64,000 bases of DNA from Pseudovirgaria hyperparasitica (Eukaryota): assembly GCA_010093815.1 (NCBI GenBank), contig ML996566.1. One strand, given 5' to 3'. The notes beneath the pieces were generated by a model. That model made no database searches. It saw only the letters and a program-made list of their open reading frames with translations, and was not told the origin of the DNA. Made by a program: the position numbers and the translations under genes. Positions within the stretch are counted from its first letter, which is position 1, and every line of letters begins with the position of its first letter. Of the stretch, positions 11,291-23,216 are shown in pieces.

Positions 11291-12999
11291 GCCCTGTATG
11301 CTCGATGCTATTCATACGCCTTGCTTGACTGTACACCGTCACTATACTCAACTCTACTCATAGGCCTTGTACTGCTAGGCAAACCCTGCCTAGTTATTTC
11401 TACTATCTCTTCTCCTTACGTGGAGTTATGTACCTTAGCTTGCCTTGTCTCTATACCTCAACGTACCTTAGCTATATACCTTACTTACCCTACACCCTAT
11501 ACACCGCCTTACTCCCTAAAACCTACCTCTACTTATGCACCTTAACTCCATCCAACTCTACTACTCTACACTCCTAACTCTACTTAAATCAGCTACGCCT
11601 ATACCTAACTCTCTCTGACCAACGCCCTATACCTTGACTTAAATAAACTCAAATCACATCATGCCAAATCAAATCAAATAAACTCAAATCAATCCAAATC
11701 AGACTTCCATCTCCTATATACTATACATACATACATGTCACGCCACGCCACGCTATATACCCGTTCCCGTTTCTAGCTAGTTACGAGCTGCGCCGTAGAA
11801 ACTGTGCCACACACAACATGTGCCACGTGTGCCGTAGATCTGTGCCGTAGACCGGGCTGTTGACTGTGCTGTTGACTGTGCTGTTAACTGTGCCGCATGT
11901 CTCGGAGGGAGTTTAAGAGTTTAAGAGCTCAAGAGCTTAGTTAGACGGGAGGGGGGTTGGAGTATGGGAGTAGTAGGGAGGGGAGGGGATGTGACTTGAT
12001 ATGAAGGGGCGCTTTACGACGCGTTATTGGGGGGGTGGTTATACGTTATTCATACGTTAGGGTGGTGTGTGTCTATTGGAGGCTGTGTGGATGGATGGTA
12101 GATTGGATATTATTACTGTGATGTTATGGAAGATAGTCTGGCTAAGCTAACAGCTGGCGAATTTGTTGGTCGTTCGTTCGAGGGGTCAAATAGCTTGAAT
12201 GTGTATTAACTTGGTAGTATGGTTGCTCTATAGATGAGAGGCGAAATGAATTATAGAAGAGGAATATTGATTAGAGCATTGCGCTGATACAAACACGCAG
12301 TAGTAGTCATCTACGCGTAGTATAAATACGCTGCTATTTAATTTGTACTTCACGCCAGGCAGCAAGGCTAGCAAACGGTCACTGCAGCGCGCAGAGTGAA
12401 TAGGTAAGCAACGGTCGATCTACGTCCCGTCCGTTGCGTCAAGCGTCGCGAGCAAGCATTGCCCCTGCTATCCATGTTATTAGTTGGCACGGCCAGGATG
12501 GTGCAGGCGACGCGTGTGTGTTGGCTTGCGTTCATTTGCTTTTGCGCGCTGTTGGGGTGTGTGCGCGTGTCTGTCTTGCTTGGGCTGTGAGGGTTTTTCT
12601 TGCTTGCCTGCTTGCTTTGCTTCAAGTTTCGATGTCTATATCGCGACGATACTACCCGTGGACGGCACTGCATGTGGCTTGTCGATTGTTATGATTGTTG
12701 TACATTCATCCACGCGGCAAGAACAGGCCCGGCAAGAACAGGCGCACCGCCACCGCCACCGCCAAGTCAGGCAATCTCGCATCAGTAGCCCCCGAACTTC
12801 CCGCCGATCGCTGCCTCGAAGCGGGTCCCAAAGTCATCACCACCATCGTCCCATCGTCAACGTCGATCGTGAGCCTCGAGCTCTCACTCTCCTTCTTTCT
12901 CTCTCTCTCCCTCTCTTTCTCTCTCCCTCTCCTCCACACCACAACAACCACCACTACCACGTCCGTCTACAGAGCCTGCTGCCAGACACCATACCTGCC

Positions 13000-15900
13000 A
13001 TGTCCGTCTCCTCCCCCGCCGAGCTGCCCAACGGCCCGTCCTCTGGCTCGACCTCCAGCGGCGAGTCCGACCTCGACCAGGCAAATCCCTCACGCCGCGA
13101 CTCCGAACTCGACGACGAGGACTTCAGCCCGCCCATCGTCACCACGCCCCTCCACGACCCCAGCCTGCCATGGCCCGGCCCACGATTCCAACGTCCGAGC
13201 CTGTCCGCCGCCGCCGCCGCCGCCGCAGTCGACGGACCCGCCTCCACTCCTGCAACCCCAGGCCCCGGACGCGCCCAGCGTCCAGCAGCCATCCGCACGC
13301 CCTCCAACGCATACAACCCAGCCCGCCGCCCCGCCCAGTTCACTCTCAAGACGCGCACCTCGTCGTCCTCGACGCGCATGCGCCGCAACCCAAACGCCGA
13401 GTACCGCGCGCAAGAAAAGGCCTACGTGCAGCGCCTCCGTCAGGACGCGCCCGAGGACGACTTCTTTGGCGCCGACGTGCGCACGCCCAGTCTCGACTAC
13501 AGCACCGGCTCCGAGACGGACGAGAGCCCGAGCACGGCCGACTACATTGACAATGACCCCTACGACCAGGAGACGCTGCTGTACTATGGCAACGACGACA
13601 TGCAGCCGTCGGTGGAGGAGCTGAAGATCCCCGCCAACAGGGAGCGGCTGGAGTGGCACTCGATGCTGGCCAGTGTGCTGACGGGCGATGTCGTCAAGCA
13701 GGAGAAGAAGCGGCTGATTGGCAGCGGAGACGCCGCCGCCGACGCGAATCGCAATGCCGAGATCTGGCTCGGCATACGGGCTAGAGTGTGTGGCCGGACC
13801 TTGCAGGCGCAGCGCCGGATGGTCGAGGACGGGCGGGAAAAGGCGAAAAACACGATTGAGAGCCTGATCTCGTTCGAGGTTGCCGGCGAGGCCGAGGCGG
13901 GCAAGTCTGCGGCCGGCCAGGTCAAGGATGTCGTGAGCAAGATTGAGAAGATTGAGAATCTGTATCCGACGAGGAAAGAGATGGAGTCGGCCAATCCCAG
14001 GGCTGCCTCGGCGCAGTTTAGGGAGACGTGTGATGCCGTCATTGCGTGGCACAACACCACCCAGCTCATCAACACCGAGCTCATGATCCTGAAGAACTGG
14101 GTCGGCAATGAGGAGCTCGACTTTACCAAGGCACACGTCCGATCGCCGACCGACAGTCATCTGGCTGACGACTCCTCGTTCGTGGACAGGATACTGAAAG
14201 AGGACGGCTTGAAGTCGCTGATGCTCGACAACGGCCTGCTCGCCGGACTGCACGAGGCGATCAAGAAGGCCAAGGAGACATTCATTGCAAACGCGCAGGC
14301 CTTTTCCGACCGACACCTCCCGCCCTTTATCGAAGAGCTCCTCACGCTCATCAACTTCCCCTCGCGTCTGGTCCACGAGATCATCCGTATGCGTCTGTCG
14401 TACGCGAAGAAGATGAAGGATCCGGCGCAGCAGGGCGTCTTGATGACCGAGCAGATGATTTCGCAGTTCCAGATCCTGCTCGGCGTGGCTAGCAAGATCA
14501 AGCTGGAGTACAACGAGATCATCCAGCCCAAGGCCGGATGGGAGCCCCCGCCGTGTCTCGAGGACAACTTCGATCGCTCTGTGCTCGAGGCGCTCAAGTT
14601 CTACTTTAAGATGCTCAACTGGAAGCTGTCGGCCAACAAGAACACCTTCAAGGAGGCTGAGATTCTGGAGCAGGAGTGGGAGTTTTCCAACAAGCTTGGT
14701 CGATTTCTGGAAGGCGGTGATGTCGAGGTGGCGGAACAGTTTAGTGTGTTGACGTCAAAGTCGCTGTCCAGGCTGACGATACACTTCGAAAAGGAGCTGC
14801 AGCGACGTCCGGAGGAGATCTCCGGGCCCGAGATGGAAAAGACGTACAAGGGCATTCTGGACTCGGTCCGGGTGCGGCAGCGGAAGCTCTTTCGTTTCTT
14901 CCGTATCCTGACGCAGCGGTTTGAGAATTCGACAGAGTACAACATCAACATTCAGCAGGGTCATATGTCGGAGCTGATAGAGGAGCTTGTTGCCTCGGAA
15001 CATTTACTGCTTGAGAATACGTCTACGCCCGAGGAGAACTTTGGCACGTACATTATTGTATCGCCAGCGCTGCGCGACAGACCAAAGGACATCCAGTCGC
15101 TCCTCACGACCTGCTACCATGCCGAAGAAAATCCCGAGGATCCGTCAAATCCGTACGTTCTCATCCTCAAAACCGAAGGGCCCTTCCTCTGGACAGGCCT
15201 CAAACTACCCACCGACGTTCGACACCCATACCTGGATGTGAAGCCGGGCCGTCTACGGCTCGTTGCGGATGGCTCCCAGCAACGCCTCTCGAACGCGAAC
15301 ATCACCTTCCTCCAGGCAATCAACATGGAACTGACGACGCTGATTGAGCAACGCGCCAACCTGCCACGCGTCAGCCAGGAGCTGCAGAAGATCAAGAAGA
15401 CGGCCTACAAGCTGTCAAACACCATCATGGACAGTGTCGAGATTGTCAGGAAGCAGACTGCCGGTCTCCAGGTCCAGGAGCTCATCCAGACCTGCTTCAC
15501 CTTTGCCACCGAGTTTGGACAGCGCTCCGTGCTCTACCTCGACCATAACCGGCGCGCGCTGAACAATCTCAAACTGACGAGGCTGGCTCTTGACTGGGTC
15601 AGCTTCATCTGCGACGATTGCATCCCGTCGGACAGGAAGACGTTCAAGTGGGCTGTTGTGGCGCTTGAGTTTGCGATGATTATGACGCGTGGTCAGAACA
15701 TCCTGTCCATCAGCGAACAGGAGTATGCGAAGCTGCGATCGAAGGTTGCTGGCTGCATGTCGCTGCTGATATCGCATTTCGACATCATGGGCGCTCGCTC
15801 GACCATGGCTGCGCAGCAAGAGAAGCAACGCCTCGACAGCGCCATGGGCAAGCTCAAGCTCGACATTAGCAGACTGAAGGATGACGACGAGTCTGTCCGG

Positions 15901-17185
15901 GCAGTCAGAGAGCAATGGATCGAGCAGCTCGAGGAGATTGACGAGTTCAGGAAGCAGAAGGAAGCCCAGCGCCAGGCTCTCGGTCGCGTGCTCGAGGACT
16001 CCAACGAAGCCGACCGCGCGCTCACGTACCTGTCGTCGTCGGCCACAAACGTCACGCTGCGCTGGCAGCAGGGCGCCTTTGTCGGCGGCGGCACCTTTGG
16101 CTCCGTGTACGCGGCCATCAACCTCGACTCCGGCCAGCTGATGGCCGTCAAGGAGATCAGGCTGCAGGACCCGCAAGTCATCCCCACCGTCGTCTCCCAG
16201 ATCAGAGACGAGATGAGTGTCTTGCAGGTCCTCGACCACCCCAACATTGTGTCGTACTATGGGATTGAGCCGCACCGTGACAAGGTCTATATCTTTATGG
16301 AGTATTGCTCGGGCGGCTCGCTTGCTGGCTTGCTGGAGCACGGCCGGATTGAGGACGAGACTGTCATTCAGGTCTATGCGCTGCAGATGCTGGAGGGTCT
16401 TGGATATCTCCATGAGAGCGGTGTTGCGCACCGCGACATCAAGCCTGAGAGTACGTGCCCCGAACCTTCCCTCTCCCCCAATTCCCACAAAACTAATAAG
16501 CCCCCCTACAGACATCCTCCTCGACCACAACGGCGTCATCAAATTCGTCGACTTTGGCGCCGCAAAAGTCATCGCCCGCCAAGGCAAGACCCTCGCCGCC
16601 GAACACACCGCAACCACGACCCGCCAGCCAGGCCGCCAGAAATCAATGGCCGGCGGCACACCAATGTACATGTCCCCGGAAGCCATCAAGGGCATCTCCT
16701 CGTCCAGCACCACCGCCCGCCCCGGCGCCGTCGACATCTGGTCCCTCGGCTGCGTCATCCTCGAAATGGCCACGGGCCGCCGGCCCTGGGCCTCGCTCGA
16801 CAACGAGTGGGCCATCATGTATAATATCGCCCAGGGCATGCCGCCGCAGCTGCCCACGCCCGACCAGCTTAGTGCCTCGGGCGTAGCGTTTCTGGAATGT
16901 TGCTTTGAGAGGGATCCGGGCAGGAGGGCTAGTGCGGCTGAGTTGTTGCAGCATGATTGGATTATGACGTTGCGCGCGCAGTTGAGTTTGGAGACGCCGC
17001 AGACGCCGCAGACGCCGAGCTCGGATGGGGGTGGGAGTGCTGCGGGGGGTGGGGTTGGGGTTGGGAGTGTTGCGGGGAGTGCTGGTGGGTTGGGAGTGGG
17101 ATTGGCGAGTGTTTCGAGTAGTGGTGCTGGGAGTGCGGCTAGTTCGAGGCATGGGAGTGTGTTGGAGGGGGTTAGTGAGGATTAG
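13000..17185 (+). CDS. SSK2: MAP kinase kinase kinase of the HOG pathway, Ssk2/SskB/Wis4 family. Exons 13000-16450, 16512-17185
   Basis: N-terminal ERLEWHSMLASVLTGDVVKQEKKRL, CIPSDRKTFKWAVVALEF and SLLISHFDIMGAR blocks. Kinase motifs GGGTFG, MAVKE, HRDIKPE|NILL (61-nt intron 16451-16511), DFG, GTPMYMSPE, DIWSLG. Confidence 0.96.
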
Positions 17186-17736
17186 AGGGATGGATGGATG
17201 GAGGGGGGGTTGATGGATTTTGGGGGGGATGAAGAGGGGGATGAGGAGGGGGAAGAGGTTTTTTCGAGCGAGTATGCATACATACATGCATACACATCCA
17301 TGCATTCTCTAGAGGGCATACCATACAGCCAACCCAGCCAGCACAGCACAGCAAAGCACAGCACAGCACAGCACGACCAAGTAATCATCACATACAGCAC
17401 TACAGCACAGCACAGCAAATCATCAGCGACGGCGTCTCTTTTTTCGGTTTTTTCTTATTCTTCTTCTTCTTCTGGGAATTAGGGGGGGTGATGAGAGCGC
17501 CTAGGGGGTTTCGGGAAGGTTCTTTCAAAGGGGGAGGTTCTTTCAGGGGGAGGAAGAGGCGAGGGTGAGGGAGAGTATGGGCAAGTGGGCCTTTTTCTTT
17601 TTTCGTTTTTGTCGTTTCTTTGTCAAAAATTCTTTGAGTCTTCTTCGTTTCTTGTGTATGTGTTTGTGGGTGTGTTTGTGTGTGTGTGTGTATGTGTGTG
17701 TATATATAAATATGTTTGGTCGGACTCCTTACGGTT

Positions 17737-17819
17737 GAGGAAGAAGGGAGAGGAGGGAGAGAAGGGAGAGGAGGGAGAGAAGGGAGAGGAGGGAGAGAAG
17801 GGAGGGAAGGGAGAGAAGA
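17737..17819. repeat. Pure purine tract made of 18-bp units (GAAGGGAGAGGAGGGAGA) x~4
   Basis: Units start at 17743, 17761, 17779 and 17797 (last one variant). Confidence 0.9.
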
Positions 17820-19840
17820 TGATATTGTGCGTAGTTCGCCTGTTTACTTGCCTTGCTTACTCTGTTATGAGAGGGAGCGAGAGAGAGAGAGAGGTAGCTA
17901 GCTAGCTAGCTAGCCAGCCAAACAAGCACAAGTTTATACGCGTAGGCGTCATGTGGGATTTCTCTGTTATTTACTACGTACGGTGCGGTGTGGATATATA
18001 TATACTATCTATACTATCCATCTATCTATCTATCTGTCTGTCTGTCTATGTGTCTATCTATGGCAAGACGAATCGTGATGTTTGTTGAATGGCGGTGTGT
18101 GTTGTTTTGTGTTATGCTCTGCTCTGCTCTGCTCTGCCTCTCTGCTCTGCTAAGAAGAGAGAGCGAGAGCGAAACAGGGCCCAGAACGAGTCCACGACGT
18201 TCAACGAGACAGCAGGTGCGATATATTGCCTTTTTCTATTCACGGGCGCGGTGATGGTTGGACGGGACGGGACTGGGCTGGACTGGACGGGACTGGACTG
18301 GACTGGCTGTGGGTGAGTAGGTGCTTGGTTCGTTGGCTAGATGGAAGTGGTGGAGTGGTAGGTCGAGTGCAGGTCGAGATGTTTATGGTGGAGTGCAGGT
18401 CGAGCGCAAGTCGAGATGTTTGTGGAGGCGTCTGTCTCTATAATGATTCTGCTCGAACGGGCCCAGGCCCCGGTCTGCGACGTTCGACGATGGATGTGAT
18501 ATTTGCCTGTTTGTCCTCATGGGCGCGGTATGGGAGGATGGGACTGGCTGGCTGATGGGATGGCTGGATGGCTGGGTGGAGAGTGACGGTAGGAAGGGCT
18601 AGGATGTACAGATGCGTTGTCTGGAATGACCTGGGCGCCCGGGTATGGATGGATGGACGGATGGCGGAGAGCGGTGAAGGGGAGGTAGGCTATCTATAAA
18701 TAAATGTATTCAAGGTTCTATGAGAGGGAGATGTATATACTGTATATACACACGGCGTCATAGACTGCGAGTGAGTGATGTGCTACACACTCTGCAGTGC
18801 GTGATGTTCGCAAGCCCACCCCGACGACGCTGTGAATGCGAAGCTGGCAAGACGAGCGCAACAAGGCTGAACATGCAAAGCATGCAAGAGTGCCGACGTC
18901 CATGTTCGTAGGACGGTGCCGTTTGGGCGAGATCTTTCGGTGCGAGTCGAGGCCCGGGCCGGATGCGCTAGGGAATACATGTCCAACGCCTGTGCATAGT
19001 CTGGACCCTCCACCCGAGTTTCAACGCCCGACCATACACGCCAAAATTGCCATTCTCAACACGTCTGTCCGAGCAGCCATTGGACGGTCCTTGGTGTCGC
19101 AAATTGGAGGCGCGAGGGATAGACAGTGGAGTCTGGGGTGCGACCTGGACGGGCGAGCGGCGCAGACGAGAAGACCTACGATTGATATTTAGCGCATACC
19201 GTCGCTGCGGACGCGTCTGGGTGCGCCGCAGAAAGGGTCTAGAAGTCCCACACGAGGAACGACAGAGGAGGCTCGACGTGTTATTACTCGGTTTGCACGG
19301 CTTTGCGGGGCTGGTATTGGCTGGAGGGCAGAGTTGCGGTCTGGATATTACTGGGGACGACGGGGGGCACTTCATCGGGAATGGAATCCAGGACGTGCAT
19401 AGTAATATCGAGGAGGTGTTGTCTGTTCGCCAGTTCGATCGGTGGTGGTTCGTGCTTCCCTTGTTCAACGTGAAACGGTGCGCGTGCGTTTGGGCAAGGG
19501 TGCGAAATGCCCCAGTGGCAGCATGGGTCGGGACGGTCTAGAATAGTCTCACGAAGAACAACGAGACTGCGGCTCGACTGGATGCTGTCTTTGGACGTCG
19601 CGGGGTCCCTGATTGGCTCCAGTCCTGGAGGGTTTCTAATAGGGAAAAAGACATCGTCTGTAACGTGGACTGTAATAGTTGCAATTTGCCGCGTGTGGTT
19701 AGACATCAAGTATGCTTATTGTTGACGTTGACAGCTTGGCGGCATCCTCACTATCAGTCACAAGCGCTGTCAGCTTCTTGCCCTCGAGCATGACCTTGCC
19801 GTTTGGACAGGTTTTGTTGTGAGTAGGACGCCATCTCCCC

Positions 19841-21556
19841 TCAGACATTCAGACTTTCCAACGTCGATACCACCTGCTCCATCATTTGATGTGGGGACAT
19901 AGGATGCTTCTCATCCTGGTCATCATACGATATACACTTCTCAACAATGCCCCTGTACAGCGAGCCAGTCTTGGATCCCAAAGCGGGTACTCCAAGCTGA
20001 AGAACCTTCTCTTTGAACACTGTATGGGAGTACTTTGGCTTGTAGAGGCTCCTGACACTGCGCCAGAGTCCAATCTCCAGAAGGACAAGGCCAAGCGAAT
20101 AGATGTCAAAAGCTTTGCGGTAACTTTGACGCCACACACCCAGCGAGCTGGGATGTCGATATATGTCCTGGCCTTCGCTGTAGATCGGATCTGCTGTCAT
20201 CTCTGCAAGTCCGTCTGGCCGGGAACTGTCGAATCCAACAACATACGGATGTCTGAGGTCGTGGTGTTGAGCACCACTGGGCATGTTGCCAGTGAAGAAT
20301 AGTACATTATGACTGCTGAATGATTTGTGGAGCCAGTCCAGCGAGTGGAAGGACCACAGCGCGATTGCCAGTGTGTGCGCCAGCTTTATCCGGACGTCGA
20401 GATCCGGCGTCCGTTTGTCCTTGTCGTTATCTCCGAGCAGCGCGTATAGATTCTGGAAAGGAGGGACATTTCCTGCGTTCTGGGCAAGCTCGAGCTGAGG
20501 ACCATTATGTACGACGCCATATCGATGGCTTTTCGTATCTTCAACATAACCCAAACAGTCCAAGGTGTGCAGGTCCGGGTGTCGCGATGAGCAAGAATGT
20601 AGCATGCGCGACAAGTTATCCACCCTTTGGTAGAGATGCAGCCTTGAGTCAAGCTCCATCTCGGCATCGTAGTCGATCCAGTCGATGAGTACGGGCACGT
20701 CCTCTGACACTTTCCCGTCCCGCATGGTGTCCAGAGGCTTCGAGTATACAGCCCGGACCCGCCGCGCAACTGCTTTCTCGCTCGCATCGACTTGGATGCG
20801 CTCGCGGCGGATCTTGAGTTCGGACGAGGACAGGATCTTGCGCGACGGCTCCCGCTCCTTTCCGTCGAGATTGATACGAAGCTGCTTCAGACGCGCAAGC
20901 GTATTCAGACTGGGGTATTTCTCGACAGCAGACGTCTCGAGCAGCTGCAGAATATCAAGGTCGCGCTGGGCAGTGTGGAGAAGCTCGTTCGTCCATGTGC
21001 GCTGCAACGTCTCGACTCTCCCAGGCGGGAAGAGCTTCTCTAATCGGTCATTAAAGTAGGACAGATCCTGGACAAACGTGTCGAATTTCTCTCTATCAGC
21101 TATCACCCATCTGGCCTTGAGCTTCATGTCCTTGCGGAACCTGCTGCCAAACGAACTGGTCGCCGGGTCCGCGGCCTTCTTGCACGTGGAATACGCGTCT
21201 TGGTCAACACTGCCCGGTGCCTCCTCCCGCAGCCCATACTTGTCCTGGAGCTTGTGACAGTCGAGTATCGTGCCCAGGAGCTGTTCCAGGATGTCCTTGG
21301 CCAGGTCTTTGAGGCCCTCCCACGACGTCGAGGAGAGATGAGCTTCAAATCTGCCCTCCACGACGCCCCACTCCCGACCCCAGACCCAGAGCCGCATCTC
21401 CTCGATACGGATCTTGCACACCATCTTCTCGCTGTCTTTCCCGAGGTTCTTGGCCGTGCTAAAGACGCGGTACCCCGTGATGCACCCGTCGAAGAGCTGC
21501 CCAAGCAGCCCGACCGCCCCGACAACGCTCAAGGCCAGACCCGCGATCTCTGCCAT
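19841..21556 (-). CDS. HeLo (prion-inhibition/propagation) domain protein fused to a kinase-like (pseudokinase) domain, 571 aa, single exon
   Basis: HeLo-type N-terminus MAEIAGLALSVVGAVGLLGQLF..., KIRIEEMRLWVWGREWG, ARWVIADREKFDTFVQDLSYFNDRL. C-terminal kinase fold with WLHKSFSSHNVLFF, VVGFDSSR, IYRHP and DIYSLGLVLLEIG. Confidence 0.85.
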   Translation of the reverse strand: MAEIAGLALSVVGAVGLLGQLFDGCITGYRVFSTAKNLGKDSEKMVCKIRIEEMRLWVWGREWGVVEGRFEAHLSSTSWEGLKDLAKDILEQLLGTILDCHKLQDKYGLREEAPGSVDQDAYSTCKKAADPATSSFGSRFRKDMKLKARWVIADREKFDTFVQDLSYFNDRLEKLFPPGRVETLQRTWTNELLHTAQRDLDILQLLETSAVEKYPSLNTLARLKQLRINLDGKEREPSRKILSSSELKIRRERIQVDASEKAVARRVRAVYSKPLDTMRDGKVSEDVPVLIDWIDYDAEMELDSRLHLYQRVDNLSRMLHSCSSRHPDLHTLDCLGYVEDTKSHRYGVVHNGPQLELAQNAGNVPPFQNLYALLGDNDKDKRTPDLDVRIKLAHTLAIALWSFHSLDWLHKSFSSHNVLFFTGNMPSGAQHHDLRHPYVVGFDSSRPDGLAEMTADPIYSEGQDIYRHPSSLGVWRQSYRKAFDIYSLGLVLLEIGLWRSVRSLYKPKYSHTVFKEKVLQLGVPALGSKTGSLYRGIVEKCISYDDQDEKHPMSPHQMMEQVVSTLESLNV

Positions 21557-22166
21557 GGCTGCACATAAAATCCACCGACGGCACACGGTCACAGACGGTC
21601 GCGACAGAGAAAAAGGAGGCGTAGGTGGGAGGATGTGTGTTAGGGGACAAAGTCGCCGAGCAAATTTCATGAGAAACCCCCCGCAGGCCAATCCGACGTC
21701 AGAGTGAAGCCGCTAGTCCCGAAACAGCATCGCGGCCAGTCTCAGCAATCCTCCTCTTCTCCCGAGGTCCTCTTCCTCGTCCTACTTACTGTACACAACA
21801 GGAGAAGACTTGTCCTTCTCCCCAAACAGACTCGCCGCGTCCTTGCTATCGACACGATCGGATCTTTGCTATGACTATGATTTAATTACCTGGCCCTCGG
21901 GCCTGATCAATTTGCCTTCGGATCGATTGTCAAACACGCCGCCTGCGATAAGCACAATGGCGCAACGACAACCTCCTCCTGCGACGCATGTTTGTGCGGA
22001 GGCAGTCTTCAAAAGCACTCCAGGATCGCCCTGCTATCCCAGAATGAAAGCAGGAATCTCTCACTTCTAAAGTCTCTCTCTCTACATTTCTATTCTCTGA
22101 CTGGCCTGGTGCCTTACTGTCTCTCTCTATCTCTCTCTTATTCTCTATATATCAAGCAACGCAACG

Positions 22167-22926
22167 ATGCTTACTCTCACTCTTTTCTTCTTCTTTTTCT
22201 TCTCCTTATTCTCCATCTCCACGTCCCTCCCCAGCGACGCCCTAGCCACCCAAACACCAGCCTGTTGGACACAATGCCTCCTCACCACCCAACCCGCCGA
22301 TTGCAAGAGTCCAACTCTCCTCTGTACATCCCAATCCATCTGCATCCCACAATGTAAATCCCCTTCCCCCCTCTCACATCATCCCTAAACTTACCACGAC
22401 AACAGGCCACTGCACCAACGAAGCCACCACCACCGCCCTCCTCGCCTGCGCCCGCACAGCCTGCGGTAACGATCCCGACATAAATACAACCCCTCTCCTC
22501 GCATCCATCGAATCTCTCTGCAGCCCCGCAGCGTCTAAACCTCTCGCTACGACTACCCTCACTGTGCGCGTTACGCCCTCGCCTATGCCCTTTCTGCCAC
22601 CGGGTCTGATGGCGCCTGCATCGTTGGCTACGCCCGCGGTGGTGGTGCCTTATACGAGCGGGAGTGGGAGTAGGAGTACAGGTGGGCGGGCTACGATGGA
22701 GACGGGGAATTGGAGGGCGAATGCGACGGCGACGGGTGTGGTGGCGAGTAGTAGTGTGCGTGCGTCGGGGACGGGGTCGGCGACGACGGGTGGAAGTGGG
22801 AGTGGGAGCGGATTCTTTGTGGATGAGGATAGTTTGGGGGTTAGGACGATGGTGGACTTGTGCTGGGGGTGGCTTGGTTTGGGCGTTCTTGTTGGTGTTG
22901 TTGGGTGTGGAGTTTTGGGTGGATAG
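22167..22926 (+). CDS. Secreted CFEM-like Cys-rich protein with Ser/Thr-rich stalk and probable GPI signal. Exons 22167-22353, 22406-22926
   Basis: Hydrophobic signal peptide; PACWTQCL...C...C|HCTN...ACARTAC...LC cysteine pattern; intron GTAAAT..CAG 22354-22405 joins two ORF-track frames; hydrophobic C-terminus. Confidence 0.72.
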
Positions 22927-23216
22927 TAGCTAGTATGAGCTCTTGAAATGACGATCTGTGTTTAGTACTGAAATGAGTAGATGTTAATGCCTTCGTTGGG
23001 ACTGGAATAGTGAGTAGGTGAAATGCTGTGGCCTGGTGAATACTCGAACCCACATCGCTGGCACGTTACTCGTACGTGTTGTGGGTATCTCTATAATATT
23101 TACATCATATTGTCATAAGTCATCGTCCATCATTAAGAATCTTTTGAGACACCAAAAAACACATTCTAAATCCATGCGCCCAAGCAGCATTGATCCGTCC
23201 CTACGCCCTTCCAAAC

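Noticed and set aside
10863..11351. Repetitive ORFs (IPCL)n, (MPDT)n, (HRTL)n and a CRISPR-like look
   Set aside because: Translations of 12-bp minisatellites; no unique spacers and no cas genes in a fungal genome.
12484..12999. N-terminal extension of SSK2 (TTG 12484 or ATG 12691)
   Set aside because: Runs through CT/CAC simple repeats typical of leaders; ATG 13000 has good context (GCCATG) and begins coding-like sequence.
18720..19709. Overlapping 120-165-aa ORFs downstream of the HeLo-pseudokinase (e.g. ATG 19706, minus strand)
   Set aside because: No motif and no convincing splice model; an orphan gene cannot be excluded without RNA data.
21557..21691. Longer start for the HeLo-pseudokinase
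   Set aside because: HeLo proteins begin at the hydrophobic helix, and MAEIAGL at 21556 fits that.
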